From: an uncultured Acidobacteriota bacterium
GTDB taxonomy: Bacteria > Acidobacteriota > Terriglobia > UBA7540
Assembly: GCA_963804995.1 (NCBI GenBank)
Contig: CAWDSK010000001.1
Span: 352,001 to 416,000 of the forward strand
Length of the DNA: 64,000 bases
Reading direction: 5' to 3'
The notes below the pieces were generated by a model, which searched no databases, was not told the DNA's origin, and saw only the letters and a list, made by a program, of their open reading frames with translations. This document shows positions 1 to 10,767 of the stretch, one piece after another; position 1 is the stretch's first letter, and each line of letters begins with the position of its first letter. Both the position numbers and the translations under genes were made by a program.

Positions 1-1
1 C

Positions 2-934
2 TGCCTCGACCGCTGGTGCACTTACGATCCTTCGACCTCCGAACCCTCGCGCGAAACAGGCATTCCACGCCTCGGCGTGGTAGAAACCCAAGTCACGCCC
101 GGGGGGGGTGGCACTGTGGCGAATAACCTTGCAGCGCTCGGGACGGGGCGGGTAGCCGTACTGGGGGTGCGCGGAGACGACGGGTTCGGCTTTGAGCTTG
201 AACGCGCGCTCGCGAAACGTGGCATCACGGCGGATTTGATGGTCAAGGTGCGCGACTGGCACACCTTCACTTACACCAAGTTGCTGAATTGCCAAAGCGG
301 AGTAGAAGACCAGCCGCGCCTGGATTTCATTTCCATCCGCCCCGTGCCTGTTGAAGCCGAGAGACAAATCATCGCAAACCTGCGCTCCGCTATTTCTGGC
401 TTCGACGTGATCCTCGTGGCCGACCAGGCTGAGACCGCTTCCGGCGGAGTGGTGACACCGGCCGTGCGTGCCTGCCTCATGGAGGTTGCAGCCCAGTATC
501 CTGAGAAGGTCTTTCTTGTTGATTCGCGCAAGCGCGTCGACCTGTTCCGAAACGTGATGGTCAAGCCCAATCGCCAGGAGGCCGTCGAGGCGTGCACCAA
601 GCTCTTCGGGACAGTTGACTACGCACGCCTGCGGCAGCACCTCGCGGCTAAAGTCATCATGGTCACGCACGGACCGCGGGGTGCACTGGTGGTCGAGGAG
701 GGCAAGCAAACGTGGGCCAAGGCTTGGCCGGTCGCGAACCCCGTCGACATTTGCGGCGCGGGCGACAGCTTCGCAGCCGGAACGGCGTTGTCGCTGGCGG
801 TTACGTGCGATCCCGTCCTGTCCGCGGGAATCGGCAGCCTGGTGGCATCCATCACGGTCATGAAAAAAGGAACAGGAACGGCATCGCCCCAGGAAGTGTT
901 GGCCGCAGAAGGCAGGCCACCTGGTCGGAATTAG
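2..934 (+). CDS. PfkB-family carbohydrate kinase (HldE/RfaE-kinase-like), 5'-partial
   Basis: Frame is open from position 2 (CLDRWCTYDP...). PfkB motifs GGGGTVANNLAALG, GVRGDDGFG, KPNRQE and DICGAGDSF. Confidence 0.88.
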   Translation, partial: CLDRWCTYDPSTSEPSRETGIPRLGVVETQVTPGGGGTVANNLAALGTGRVAVLGVRGDDGFGFELERALAKRGITADLMVKVRDWHTFTYTKLLNCQSGVEDQPRLDFISIRPVPVEAERQIIANLRSAISGFDVILVADQAETASGGVVTPAVRACLMEVAAQYPEKVFLVDSRKRVDLFRNVMVKPNRQEAVEACTKLFGTVDYARLRQHLAAKVIMVTHGPRGALVVEEGKQTWAKAWPVANPVDICGAGDSFAAGTALSLAVTCDPVLSAGIGSLVASITVMKKGTGTASPQEVLAAEGRPPGRN

Positions 935-1004
935 AACCCGTCGGTCAGGAGTGCAAGCGCGCCGGCATGGCTCCCGCTCCCTTCCATCCTCAGGAGGTTT
1001 CGCC

Positions 1005-2009
1005 GTGGGCAACTACTCCGTTACCCAAAAAACCGTCGAAGGGCACCTGACGTATCACCTGATTGACCGCAAGCGCCGTATGGACTTCGGACTCGTCCCG
1101 GACATCGGCAATTTCGGTTACGAATTCAAGGTCAACGGCAAGGACGTTCTTTTCTTCGCGGATTCCTTTCGCGACTACCTCCAGAAGCGCTCGCTCGGTG
1201 GCGGCATTCCATTGCTTGCGCCTTTCGCAAATCGCATTGACGGCGACCAGTACTATTTCCAGGGCAAGAAATATCTCTTGAATGATTCCCTGGGCAACAT
1301 CATCCGGGCGCGTGGAAGCAACCTGCCTATTCACGGACTGCTGGTCCGCGACCCGCGCTGGAAGGTCACGAAATCCGGAGCGTTCAGCCTGGACGGCGCT
1401 TTCATCGTTTCGCGGCTGGAGTTCTACCGGTACCCCGAACTGATGGCCCAATTTCCTTTCGCGCATGTATGGGAAACTACCTATCGTCTGAAAGATGGGA
1501 AGCTGGAGTGTCGAACCAAAGTCAAGAATGTGGGCGGTTCACAAATGCCGGTGCATTTCGGATACCACCCCTACTTTCGTCCGGACGGCCCACGCGAGGA
1601 CTGGACTCTGCATCTCGGAGCAAAGAAGCACTGGAGGGTCTCCGACACGCTCATCCCCACCGGAGAACTCGAGCCGACAGAAACATTCCTTCCGGGAGCG
1701 ACTGAGGTACTGAGCCTGCACAAGTCGTATGTCGACGGGGCCTTCGCAGAACTGGAGCGCGATGGGAAGGGCCTGGCGCACTTCTGGGTGGCCGGGAAGA
1801 CGCAGAAAGTTGAGCTGGTGTTTGACCCGGGCTACGAAGTGGCAATTGCCTATGCGCCGCTGGACCCGGAGATGATTTGCCTTGAGCCGCAGACCGGTCC
1901 TACCAACGCCTTCAATTTGCACCACGAAGGAAAGTTCCAGAACCTGATTATCCTCGATCCAGGCCGGACTTATCAGGCTCGATTCTGGATTGTTCCCACC
2001 GGCTTTTGA
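1005..2009 (+). CDS. Aldose 1-epimerase family protein
   Basis: PFANRI, IHGL, FGYHPYF and CLEPQT motifs. GTG at 1005 follows AGGAGG. Confidence 0.85.
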   Translation: MGNYSVTQKTVEGHLTYHLIDRKRRMDFGLVPDIGNFGYEFKVNGKDVLFFADSFRDYLQKRSLGGGIPLLAPFANRIDGDQYYFQGKKYLLNDSLGNIIRARGSNLPIHGLLVRDPRWKVTKSGAFSLDGAFIVSRLEFYRYPELMAQFPFAHVWETTYRLKDGKLECRTKVKNVGGSQMPVHFGYHPYFRPDGPREDWTLHLGAKKHWRVSDTLIPTGELEPTETFLPGATEVLSLHKSYVDGAFAELERDGKGLAHFWVAGKTQKVELVFDPGYEVAIAYAPLDPEMICLEPQTGPTNAFNLHHEGKFQNLIILDPGRTYQARFWIVPTGF

Positions 2010-2010
2010 C

Positions 2011-2214
2011 CAAGTGCACACTCCTTCCTGCTATGCGGCCCAATGCCCTGCCGTTTTACTGGTGGTCTTCTGAGCGTGAGGCGGGCCATCCCGACTATGA
2101 GAGCACAGACCGTGTGGTCGCCAAACGTGTGGCTCATCACGTCACCATGAAGGGGCATTCACTAGCTTGGAACACGGTGCGCAAGCCTGGGCCTGAAATC
2201 AGAAGGAGACCTTG
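2011..2214 (+). ncRNA. Candidate structured non-coding RNA (long rod-like hairpin, 6S-like size)
   Basis: Nested complementary blocks found by eye across ~200 nt, with G-U pairs only on the + strand (see findings). Confidence 0.35.
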
Positions 2215-2267
2215 CCCCTCGCCTTGCTCCGCTGAAATTTCCCTGCTGCCCATTGTCAAGTAACCTT

Positions 2268-2276
2268 TGGTATAAT
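2268..2276 (+). promoter_or_regulatory. Extended -10 promoter element (TGGTATAAT) upstream of comM-like gene
   Basis: Perfect TGnTATAAT ~95 bp before the ATG at 2371. Confidence 0.45.
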
Positions 2277-2370
2277 GGCGTTCCTCGCAGCACCCGCCTG
2301 CCAAGGGTGCTTACGGGACTAGCGCCCAGGCCTTGATCCCTCGCGCCGCCTCCCGCAGAAAGTTGCACCG

Positions 2371-3903
2371 ATGCTCTTCAAAGCTCTAAGCGCCGCTGTC
2401 TTCGGTATTGATGCCTATCTTGTTGAGGTAGAAGTCGACATCACCGCGGGCAATGGCCTCTTTATCACCGTCGGTTTGCCCGACGCAGCAGTGCGTGAAA
2501 GTCGCGAGCGCATCAAAGCCGCTATAAAGAACTGTGGCCTGGCCTATCCCTTTCAGGACATCACCGTGAACCTGGCCCCCGCTGACGTGAAGAAAGAGGG
2601 TTCGGGATTCGATCTTCCCATCGCGCTCGGCATTCTGGGCACGACGGGCGCTCTACTGAAAAACGAATTGAAAAACACTCTGTTCCTCGGCGAACTCTCC
2701 CTCAACGGCGGTCTGCGTCCGATCAAAGGCGCCCTATCGATCGCCAGCATGGCGCGGCAGAAGGGCCTGCACAAATTGGTGGTACCGGTCGAAAATGCCA
2801 GCGAGGCAGCAGTGGTTCGAGAGGTGCAGGTCTACGGACTGCGCTCGCTGCCGGAAGTGCTGGACCTGATCAATGAGACACGCGAGTTCAAGCCCGTGCA
2901 CGTGAATGTGGCTCAGATGCTCGCGCAGGCCAGCCAGTACTCTGTGGATTTCCACGACGTCAAAGGGCAACTTCACGCCAAGCGCGCCATCGAGGTCGCG
3001 ACTGCGGGCGGGCACAACATCCTGATGATCGGCCCGCCGGGCGCTGGGAAGACGATGGTCGCCAAGCGAATTCCCACCATTCTGCCGCCGCTCACATTTG
3101 ACGAAGCAATCCAAACTACAAAGATTCACAGTGTGGCGGGTGTGCTGGAGGCGGGCGCGGGGTTGGTGGCCACGCGGCCCTATCGCTCGCCGCATCACAC
3201 CATCTCCGACGCCGGATTGATTGGGGGCGGAGCGCTTCCGCGCCCCGGCGAAGTCAGTCTGGCGCACAACGGCGTGCTGTTTCTCGATGAGCTGCCGGAA
3301 TTCCAGCGCAACGTGTTAGAAGTGCTCCGGCAGCCTTTGGAAGACGGAAACGTAACGATTGCGCGCGCCTCCATGACCCTCACCTTTCCCGCGCGCTTCA
3401 TGCTGGCCGCCGCCATGAATCCCTGCCCGTGCGGGTTTTTCAACGACCCCTCGCGGGATTGCACTTGCACGCCGCCCATCATTCAGCGCTATGTTTCGAA
3501 GATTTCCGGGCCACTGCTCGACCGCATTGACATTCACATTGATATGCCTGCTGTGCGTTTCCAGGAACTACGCCAGGAGGCAGGCGGTGAGGCTTCCGAC
3601 GCCATTCGCGCCCGCGTGATCAAGACTCGCGAGCGCCAACTGGAACGCTTCCAGGGCGAAAAGATTTACTGCAACGCGCAGATGAGCTCGCGGCAGATTC
3701 GTAAGTACTGCGACATTGCTCCTGACAGCGAGCGCCTGCTGGAAAGCGCCATGTCACGCCTGGGCCTTTCCGCGCGCGCCCACGACCGCATCTTGAAAGT
3801 TTCCCGTACCATCGCTGACCTGGAGGGCGCGGAAGACATCGGCAGCGTGCATCTCTCCGAAGCCATCCAATACCGCTCCCTCGACCGCAGCTACTGGACG
3901 TAA
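2371..3903 (+). CDS. comM: YifB/ComM-family Mg-chelatase-like AAA+ ATPase
   Basis: [34 protein letters not shown], Walker [43 protein letters not shown]. Confidence 0.93.
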   Translation: MLFKALSAAVFGIDAYLVEVEVDITAGNGLFITVGLPDAAVRESRERIKAAIKNCGLAYPFQDITVNLAPADVKKEGSGFDLPIALGILGTTGALLKNELKNTLFLGELSLNGGLRPIKGALSIASMARQKGLHKLVVPVENASEAAVVREVQVYGLRSLPEVLDLINETREFKPVHVNVAQMLAQASQYSVDFHDVKGQLHAKRAIEVATAGGHNILMIGPPGAGKTMVAKRIPTILPPLTFDEAIQTTKIHSVAGVLEAGAGLVATRPYRSPHHTISDAGLIGGGALPRPGEVSLAHNGVLFLDELPEFQRNVLEVLRQPLEDGNVTIARASMTLTFPARFMLAAAMNPCPCGFFNDPSRDCTCTPPIIQRYVSKISGPLLDRIDIHIDMPAVRFQELRQEAGGEASDAIRARVIKTRERQLERFQGEKIYCNAQMSSRQIRKYCDIAPDSERLLESAMSRLGLSARAHDRILKVSRTIADLEGAEDIGSVHLSEAIQYRSLDRSYWT

Positions 3904-4126
3904 TGCGGATCCCCAACGCGCGCCGATAATTCTGGCAATGGAAGCGTGGCGCCAACATCGATTGATTCAAAGTGGACCAGGTCTTTGATAACCACACCAT
4001 AACCGCTATCGGGCGGATTATTTGGCCCGGTGCGTTCCAAAGTGATCCCATATTTGGAGATTATGGGATTGACTACGCCTGTCCGCGGGGACTACGATTC
4101 TGCGTTTTCAAACTAGCGGGGGGACG

Positions 4127-6007
4127 ATGATGAAAACCAGTCGGAGAAAAGTGTTAGGTGACGCGCTGAAGATCGTGGGAGCCGGTGTTTCCGTTTTATC
4201 TCTTCCCGCACCTGGGAAAGGCAAAGCACTGAGGAGTCTGGAGGCGATAGCGGAAAGCGCATCCCCTCGTGCCGAGGGCGGTGTAGAAGTAGTAGCCCGC
4301 GGAGTTGAAGAAGGCGCCTGGCCCAAACTGGTTGCGCGTTGGAAACTGGATGGGGATTGCCGCGACTCCGTCGGGGCGCACCATAGCGAGGGGCATGGCA
4401 TCAAGTTTGTCGAGGGGAGGGATGGGCGGCCTGGGGGTGCGGCGCAATTCAACGGCGTAGACGCCTTCGCGGAAGTCGCCCACGATGAGGACCTTCCCTT
4501 TGGGACGCGCGAGTTCTCCCTGGCATTTTGGGTGAAGCTCCCGGAAACCCTCAACACCGTGCTGGGCGACGTGATGAGTAAGTTCGATCTTCCTCGCCGA
4601 AGGGGCTTCAATCTCAGCCTGGGAGGAAGTTCACCGAGTTACAACTCCATTTGTGATATGAGGAATCTCTATTTCGGAATTGATAACGGTATTAACGGTT
4701 CTTGGATCGACTGCGGCAGGCCCTGGAAGAGCAATCCGCTGATCAGCACGCTGAGTGTCTACAAGGGTCAGCTCTACACCGGCATCGCCGATGCCTCCAA
4801 ACCGGAGGACGCCTGTCACGTCTTTCGTTACGCCGGCGGTGCGGGATGGGAGGACTGCGGCCGCTTGGGGAGCGATCTTCGTACCTTGTCGGTCTATTCC
4901 ATGACCGTCTACAAGGGCCATCTCTATGCAGGAACGGGCGAGTGGGATTGGGAAAAAGCCTGGGCCGGGATGGGTGGCCCCAACCACGTCTACCGTTACG
5001 AAGGTGGCAGCGAGTGGCGGGACTGCGGCCAGCTTGGCAACGGGTACCGCACGATGTCATTGGCGCCTTTCAAGGGTGACCTGTACGCAAGTGACGATAC
5101 GGGAAAGTGCTATCGCTTTGATGGCGACCGAACTTGGGCCTTCGTCGGTCAATTGGGCAACGAGAATCGCTTTAATACCATGATGCCGTACAGGGGACAC
5201 CTCTACGGCGCTTCTCACACTGCCATCTATCGATATGATGGCGGCACCACGTGGACGAGCATTGGCAGGGATATCCCCGGCGTTACGCAGATTCACAAGC
5301 TGCAGGTCTACGATGGGCATCTCTATGCCGGCACCTGGCCTTTCGGCAAAGTGCTGAGGTACGAAGGGGAGAATCACTGGTCGGAATGCGGGCAACTGGG
5401 CATCGCCACCGACAAGGTGCAGATTAACGAGGTAAACGACCTTACCGCTTATAACGGCAAACTGTATGCCGGCGTGCTGCCTAAAGCCGAGGTCTACCGC
5501 TACGAAGGCGGTGCGGATTGGACGATGCTCAGAAGAATGGTCGGCAGCCCGTACTGGTCGGCAGGCTGCCGGAGTTGCGGAGATTCACCTACCAGCGATT
5601 GCACCTGGGCCCGCGTCCCCTGCTTGACGGTATTCCAGGGCCAGTTGTTTATGGGCACCTCGACCTGTCAAGGCCGGCACGATCCCAACGCTCCTCCGGA
5701 AGTCGGGCGTGTCTACGCCATGGAGGCGGGGAAGAACGTGTCGTTGGACGACGATCTGGGGGCCGGATGGAAGTTCATAGTCGCCACCCGGGAACGCGGG
5801 CATCTTAGACTTTACGTCAATGGCGAACTGCGAGCCACTTCCTCAGCTTTTGACGATTCCGACTACGACGTCTCAAACCGGTCCTCTCTACTGATTGGTC
5901 TTGGCGCGCAAAACTATCTTTCCGGTGTTCTTGATGACGTCCGCATTTACCAAAGAGCGCTCAACTCCGATCAGGCGGCGGCTCTGTACCGTGGCACTCA
6001 TGAATGA
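4127..6007 (+). CDS. Exported LamG-like jelly-roll protein with inserted beta-propeller repeats
   Basis: Tat-like SRRKVL leader. LamG halves (LVARWKLDG...FSLAFWVK; LRLYVNG...GVLDDVRIYQRAL) flank repeats of type yryeGg..W.dcGqlG. Confidence 0.75.
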   Translation: MMKTSRRKVLGDALKIVGAGVSVLSLPAPGKGKALRSLEAIAESASPRAEGGVEVVARGVEEGAWPKLVARWKLDGDCRDSVGAHHSEGHGIKFVEGRDGRPGGAAQFNGVDAFAEVAHDEDLPFGTREFSLAFWVKLPETLNTVLGDVMSKFDLPRRRGFNLSLGGSSPSYNSICDMRNLYFGIDNGINGSWIDCGRPWKSNPLISTLSVYKGQLYTGIADASKPEDACHVFRYAGGAGWEDCGRLGSDLRTLSVYSMTVYKGHLYAGTGEWDWEKAWAGMGGPNHVYRYEGGSEWRDCGQLGNGYRTMSLAPFKGDLYASDDTGKCYRFDGDRTWAFVGQLGNENRFNTMMPYRGHLYGASHTAIYRYDGGTTWTSIGRDIPGVTQIHKLQVYDGHLYAGTWPFGKVLRYEGENHWSECGQLGIATDKVQINEVNDLTAYNGKLYAGVLPKAEVYRYEGGADWTMLRRMVGSPYWSAGCRSCGDSPTSDCTWARVPCLTVFQGQLFMGTSTCQGRHDPNAPPEVGRVYAMEAGKNVSLDDDLGAGWKFIVATRERGHLRLYVNGELRATSSAFDDSDYDVSNRSSLLIGLGAQNYLSGVLDDVRIYQRALNSDQAAALYRGTHE

Positions 6008-6145
6008 CTGCGCCATGACGCTGAGAATGAAAAAGGGCAAGGAAATTTCTGGCCGGAGCGGTTCCGTTTACTGCCGCGCCCGCCCACTCACTCTGGCAGC
6101 ATCCAAATTCGAGACCCAAAACATAGGGGAGAACCGAGGGGCATC

Positions 6146-8092
6146 ATGTGTTCCAGGCACGTGACACTCTGGCTTCGGCTTGGCATCGTAGCGGCACTGG
6201 CCGCCTTACTGATCACGCAAGCCCTTGTTATCCACGCACAGGATCTGGAGCAACGGCAAGCCGCAGCGCTTGCCTACGTCCGGGATCACGCCGACCGCGA
6301 AAACGACGTGATGATGCCGATGCGCGACGGCGTCCGCCTCTCCGCCGACATCCTGTTCCCGAAAGGCCAACCGCGCAAGAATCTACCCACCGTGCTCATA
6401 CGCAAGCCGTATTTGACCGACGCCATGATCAGTTGGCCGGAACATACACAGTATCTGGCGAGTTTCCTTGCCAACGGATATGCCGTCGTATTCCAGAGCG
6501 AGCGGGGGCGTTACTTTTCTGAAGGCACCTACACTGTCCTGGTCGGCTCAGGAAACGACGGCTACGACACTGTCGAATGGTTGGCCAAGCAACCCTGGTC
6601 TAACGGGAAGGTGGGGACCTTCGGCTGCTCATCGAGTGCCGAAGAGCAGTGGAAGCTCGTGGGCACACATCCCCCTGGACTTGCCGCTGCTGTCCCCAGG
6701 AGCTCAGGGTGCGGCATCGGGAAGGTCGGGCCCTATAACGAGATGGGCAACTTCTATCGCGGCGGCGCCGTGCAGATGTGGTGGTTCGATTGGTTCTACT
6801 ACTATGCGTTCACGTACCGCCCTCTCTTTCCGCCCAATCTATCCCGCCAGCAGATGGTGCGCCTATTGCCCTTCTGGGATCTCCAGCCGGAGCATTTTCC
6901 CCCTGCAGACTTCGAGAAGGCCATCTGGACACTGCCCATCAACAAGCTCATGGACAAGATCGGCGCCGCTCCGAGCGACATGGATGATTGGGTCAATCGC
7001 TTGCCGAATGACCCGCGGTGGAAGGATTTCGAAGTTGGGAACGAAGGCGACCGGTTGAGTGTGCCGGTTCTGATGATCAACTCCTGGTACGACCTCTCGA
7101 TTGGGCCCAATGTTGCCATGTACAAGTACCAGTCGAAGAACGCGGCCAATGAGACGGCCCGCAACAACATGTTCATGATTATCGCCCCCACCACACATTG
7201 CAACCAGGGTCAGATGGAGACCGAACACACGATCGTCGGTGAACGGGACATGGGCGATGCCCGGCTTGACTACGTCGGGATAATCCAGAAATGGTTCGAC
7301 CATTTCCTGAAGGGCGTCGATAATGACATTACGAGCCAGCCCAAAGTGCGTGCCTACATGATGGGCGCCAATGAGTGGCATACCTATGACACTTGGCCGC
7401 CCAAAGAGGTCCGGGACGTTTCCTACTACCTTGATAGCGCAGGGAGAGCGAACACGGCGTACGGCGACGGTAGTCTTGCAACCAAAGAACCGGATAGAGC
7501 GGGCTCGGATACCTTCACCTATGACCCTCTGCGCCCCGTTCCCTCCGTGGGAGGGGGCATCTGTTGTTTCCCCCTCATCCATGGCGGGCCGTTCGACCAA
7601 TCGGCAACGGAGATGCGCAGCGACGTGCTGGTCTACTCGACTCCGCCACTCACCGACACCGTTGGGGTGGCAGGGCCGGTGAAAGTTTCCCTATATCTTT
7701 CGTCGGATCGAAAGGACACCGACCTTACAGTCAAGCTATTGGACGTTTACCCGGACGGCAAAGCCTACAATTTGGATGAGAGCATCCAGCGGGTGCGCTG
7801 GCGCGAGGGGTGGGACAAGCCGGCGTTCATGGAACCCGACCACGTTTACAAGGTGGAGGTGGGGCCCTTGGTGACCAGCAACGCCTTCCTGCCGGGACAC
7901 CGCATACGGATCGAGGTCTCAAGCAGCAACTTCCCGCGCTTCGAGCGCAATCTGAATACGGGCGGCAACAATTTCGACGAGAAGGACGGCCTCATCGCCC
8001 ACAACGTCATTCATCACGGTCCGGCTCACCAGTCGGTCATTGTGCTGCCCATTGTGAACGTCCGAGGCGCGCCGAGCCCGAATGGCAATTGA
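6146..8092 (+). CDS. CocE/NonD family hydrolase (peptidase S15-like), exported
   Basis: Signal peptide, MPMRDGVRLSAD, ERGRYFSEG, WSNGKVGTFGCSS, C-terminal RIRIEVSSSNFPRFERN. Confidence 0.9.
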   Translation: MCSRHVTLWLRLGIVAALAALLITQALVIHAQDLEQRQAAALAYVRDHADRENDVMMPMRDGVRLSADILFPKGQPRKNLPTVLIRKPYLTDAMISWPEHTQYLASFLANGYAVVFQSERGRYFSEGTYTVLVGSGNDGYDTVEWLAKQPWSNGKVGTFGCSSSAEEQWKLVGTHPPGLAAAVPRSSGCGIGKVGPYNEMGNFYRGGAVQMWWFDWFYYYAFTYRPLFPPNLSRQQMVRLLPFWDLQPEHFPPADFEKAIWTLPINKLMDKIGAAPSDMDDWVNRLPNDPRWKDFEVGNEGDRLSVPVLMINSWYDLSIGPNVAMYKYQSKNAANETARNNMFMIIAPTTHCNQGQMETEHTIVGERDMGDARLDYVGIIQKWFDHFLKGVDNDITSQPKVRAYMMGANEWHTYDTWPPKEVRDVSYYLDSAGRANTAYGDGSLATKEPDRAGSDTFTYDPLRPVPSVGGGICCFPLIHGGPFDQSATEMRSDVLVYSTPPLTDTVGVAGPVKVSLYLSSDRKDTDLTVKLLDVYPDGKAYNLDESIQRVRWREGWDKPAFMEPDHVYKVEVGPLVTSNAFLPGHRIRIEVSSSNFPRFERNLNTGGNNFDEKDGLIAHNVIHHGPAHQSVIVLPIVNVRGAPSPNGN

Positions 8093-8135
8093 TCGCGAGC
8101 CTCCGAACGTGTGAAAAAACCGGGAGAACGTCCTC

Positions 8136-8207
8136 ACCGCAGAGACGCTGAGGCGCAGAGAAAAGGACCTTTATTTTCATTTCTCTGCGCCTCAGCGTCT
8201 CTGCGGT
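8136..8207. repeat. Perfect 28-bp inverted repeat (REP-like; possible bidirectional terminator between convergent genes)
   Basis: ACCGCAGAGACGCTGAGGCGCAGAGAAA at 8136-8163 and its exact reverse complement at 8180-8207. Confidence 0.85.
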
Positions 8208-8263
8208 AAGAATGCTATTTCTTCACAGCTTCTCCCGGCTGTGATCCCATTGGCCCATCGCCC

Positions 8264-9247
8264 TCATAAGGGCAGCACGGTTCCGAGATTCTGCGCCAAG
8301 GCGCGTTGGTAAATCACGAGAGCAGTGGCCATGTCTTCGAGCGCGATACCCAAGTTGACAACCAGATAGCGATCGCTTGGCGCGCGGCGCTCGTGCCCTG
8401 TAGAAACCAGCGCAGCGAGCTCCTGGTATTTCGTAGGCATGCCCGCGAAATGCCCATGCCGGCGGTAGTATTCGAACTGGTCCCCATCGTCAACCCACAT
8501 TCCGTCTACGGCATGCCCCACAGCAGCCATGACGGTCGCGTCAAAATCCAGCGACGCAACCACACTGCCCGGTTTCAGCCACTCCGGAGGGATGACGGGC
8601 TGGGGATCCTTCACAATCGGGGCGCAGGTCACTACGATATCGGCTTCGGCCACCGCCGCGTTTGGGGTCGGCGCTTGTTCCACGCGCAGGCCCCAAGCGG
8701 AAACTTCGCGCTCGAAGATGGCGCGGGCCTCATCAGACGGATCAAACGCTGCAACTTCCCGGATGCCGGGGCAGACCCTGCGCAGCGCATCGGTGTTGGC
8801 CCGTCCCTGGACACCCGCGCCGATTATCGCCAGGCGCCGCGCGTCCTCGGAGGCCAATCGCTTGACAGCCACCGCCGTGGCGGCCGCAGTCCGTTTCTCG
8901 GTGATCCAGGTGCAGTCCATCACCGCCAATGGCACACCGGTTTCGGGGCAGTTCAAGATGAGCAGGCCGGTGATGTAAGGAAGTCCATAATGCCGGTTGC
9001 CGGGATAGCCGCTCACCCACTTGATGCCCGCGACGCTCATTCCCTGAAGATGCGCCGGCATGGCGTGGATAAAGGCGTCGGGAGCAGTGTGGATGCCGGG
9101 CTTGGGAGGCATTTCGACCTGCCCTGCCGCCTTCTCGCGAAAAGCTGCCTCCACGGCTTCCCTCACCTCATCGACGGAAACTGCGAGGGCTTCAATCTCC
9201 ACACGGGAGAGATAGAGCAATTGACGACCGCGTTCAAGCTTTAGCAT
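8264..9247 (-). CDS. Ornithine cyclodeaminase / mu-crystallin family protein
   Basis: MPPKPG, HAMPA, GIKWVSGYPGN, ITEKRTAA, Rossmann IIGAGVQG, GIALEDMA. Confidence 0.9.
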   Translation of the reverse strand: MLKLERGRQLLYLSRVEIEALAVSVDEVREAVEAAFREKAAGQVEMPPKPGIHTAPDAFIHAMPAHLQGMSVAGIKWVSGYPGNRHYGLPYITGLLILNCPETGVPLAVMDCTWITEKRTAAATAVAVKRLASEDARRLAIIGAGVQGRANTDALRRVCPGIREVAAFDPSDEARAIFEREVSAWGLRVEQAPTPNAAVAEADIVVTCAPIVKDPQPVIPPEWLKPGSVVASLDFDATVMAAVGHAVDGMWVDDGDQFEYYRRHGHFAGMPTKYQELAALVSTGHERRAPSDRYLVVNLGIALEDMATALVIYQRALAQNLGTVLPL

Positions 9248-9489
9248 GGGTCTCCTTTTGTCGCACGCTTCTGTGCGGATTCCACTTGGCGGGCAGCACC
9301 GCGAGCGGCTTCATCAGGATCATTTCCTGATCGGACGTTCTCAAGGGGTCGTGAAGCGTCGCGACAGTTGGTCATTTGCACGCTTGGGGCCTGGGGAGAA
9401 TCTGCAAGGAAAGAATTCAAGGGGCCTTACCCCCGCCCTTACCGATCCGTGGTGAGAAGTCCAGGGTCACCCGTTCGAGCCGGCAAATC

Positions 9490-10767
9490 CTACCATGCAA
9501 CCATGGCCTCTTCAAAGAGCATAGCCAACTCTTCCGGGCCAGCCGGTCGTGGTGAGAGTTTGGTGACGCGGTGCTGCGGCAGCGTGCCCTCCACAAGTTT
9601 CGGGATGTCAGCGGTAGAGTAGCCAAGCGCCCGCAGCCCATTGGGGATATCGAGATCGCGCATGAGCTGAATAATCCGGTCAGCAAGAATCTTGCCTGCG
9701 TCTTCGAGGTGCGCCCCCTTGACCTTGGCCCCCAGGATTTCAGCCGCCCGCAAGTGGCGTTCGGGGCAGGCCTGCGACGCGAATCGGTAGACCGCCGGCG
9801 CGTTCAAAATTACGGAGACACCGTGGGGGACGAGAGGATGGTCGACCGCATAGCCCGGCGCGCGGTATCCTCGCACCAGGCCGGAGACGGGATAAGACAT
9901 GCCATGCGGCAAATGCACGCCCGCGTTCCCGAACCCGATCCCCGCGTAGGCCGCCGCCAGCATCATGGAACCGCGTGCCTCGTCGTCTGAAGGGTCCCGG
10001 ACGGCGCGCTCAAGGTAGAGCGATAACAGCCGTAGCGATTCAAGGCTCCAAACATCACTGATGGGATTCGACCCCTGATAGGCGGGCCGCAGGAGGGGCC
10101 GCTCAGGTCGCGGGCGCTGGTGGAAGGGCAGTGCGGTGTAAGATTCGATGGCGTGGCTTAGCACATCCAGACCCGATGAGGCCGCTACCGCCGCTGGCTG
10201 TGTCCGCGTATTCTCCGGATCGATCAGGCCCAGCGTGGGCTTCAGACGGCGGTGGGCGATGCCGGTCTTGGCGTGCAGCTTGACGTAGTCAAAGATCGCA
10301 ACCCCGGTGGTTTCACTGCCCGTGCCGGCGGTGGTCGGAATCGCAATCAAGGGCTTCAGTGGACCCGGGACCGGCAAACCCTTCCCCACGGGAGGATTGA
10401 CGTAGTCAAGCAGATCGGCTGGGTAGCAACTGTAGAGGTTCGCGGCCTTCGCGGTGTCCATCGTTGACCCGCCACCCACGGCGACGAAGGCATCGAAATC
10501 CTCGGATTGCGCGGCAGCGGTCGCATCAAGCAGAGATTCGTCGGTGGGCTCAATGTGTACGCTGTCGAAGACCGAAAACCGGATTTCATTTGCAGTGAGC
10601 GACTCCTGAACCGTTGCGAGGGGTGGTAAGTTTCGCAGGTTGGGGTCCGCAAACACCAGGACGTGACTCTTCTTAAGGTCGGCCAGTTCTGCGCCCACCT
10701 CACGCGTGACCCCGAAACCAAACCGGATGGCCGCGGGTGCAATCTCGAATGCATACTCGAGTGGCAT
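9490..10767 (-). CDS. Hydroxyacid-oxoacid transhydrogenase (Fe-containing ADH family)
   Basis: VGGGSTMDTAKAANL, PTTAGTGSETTG, YQGSNPISD, GNAGVHLPHGMSYPVSG, VPHG. Confidence 0.9.
   Translation of the reverse strand: MPLEYAFEIAPAAIRFGFGVTREVGAELADLKKSHVLVFADPNLRNLPPLATVQESLTANEIRFSVFDSVHIEPTDESLLDATAAAQSEDFDAFVAVGGGSTMDTAKAANLYSCYPADLLDYVNPPVGKGLPVPGPLKPLIAIPTTAGTGSETTGVAIFDYVKLHAKTGIAHRRLKPTLGLIDPENTRTQPAAVAASSGLDVLSHAIESYTALPFHQRPRPERPLLRPAYQGSNPISDVWSLESLRLLSLYLERAVRDPSDDEARGSMMLAAAYAGIGFGNAGVHLPHGMSYPVSGLVRGYRAPGYAVDHPLVPHGVSVILNAPAVYRFASQACPERHLRAAEILGAKVKGAHLEDAGKILADRIIQLMRDLDIPNGLRALGYSTADIPKLVEGTLPQHRVTKLSPRPAGPEELAMLFEEAMVAW

Noticed and set aside
8306..9244. Long antisense ORFs (also 18070..18915, 22158..23045, 39971..40801, 60693..61547, 62097..63140)
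   Set aside because: Shadow ORFs opposite well-supported genes in GC-rich DNA, with no recognisable motifs.
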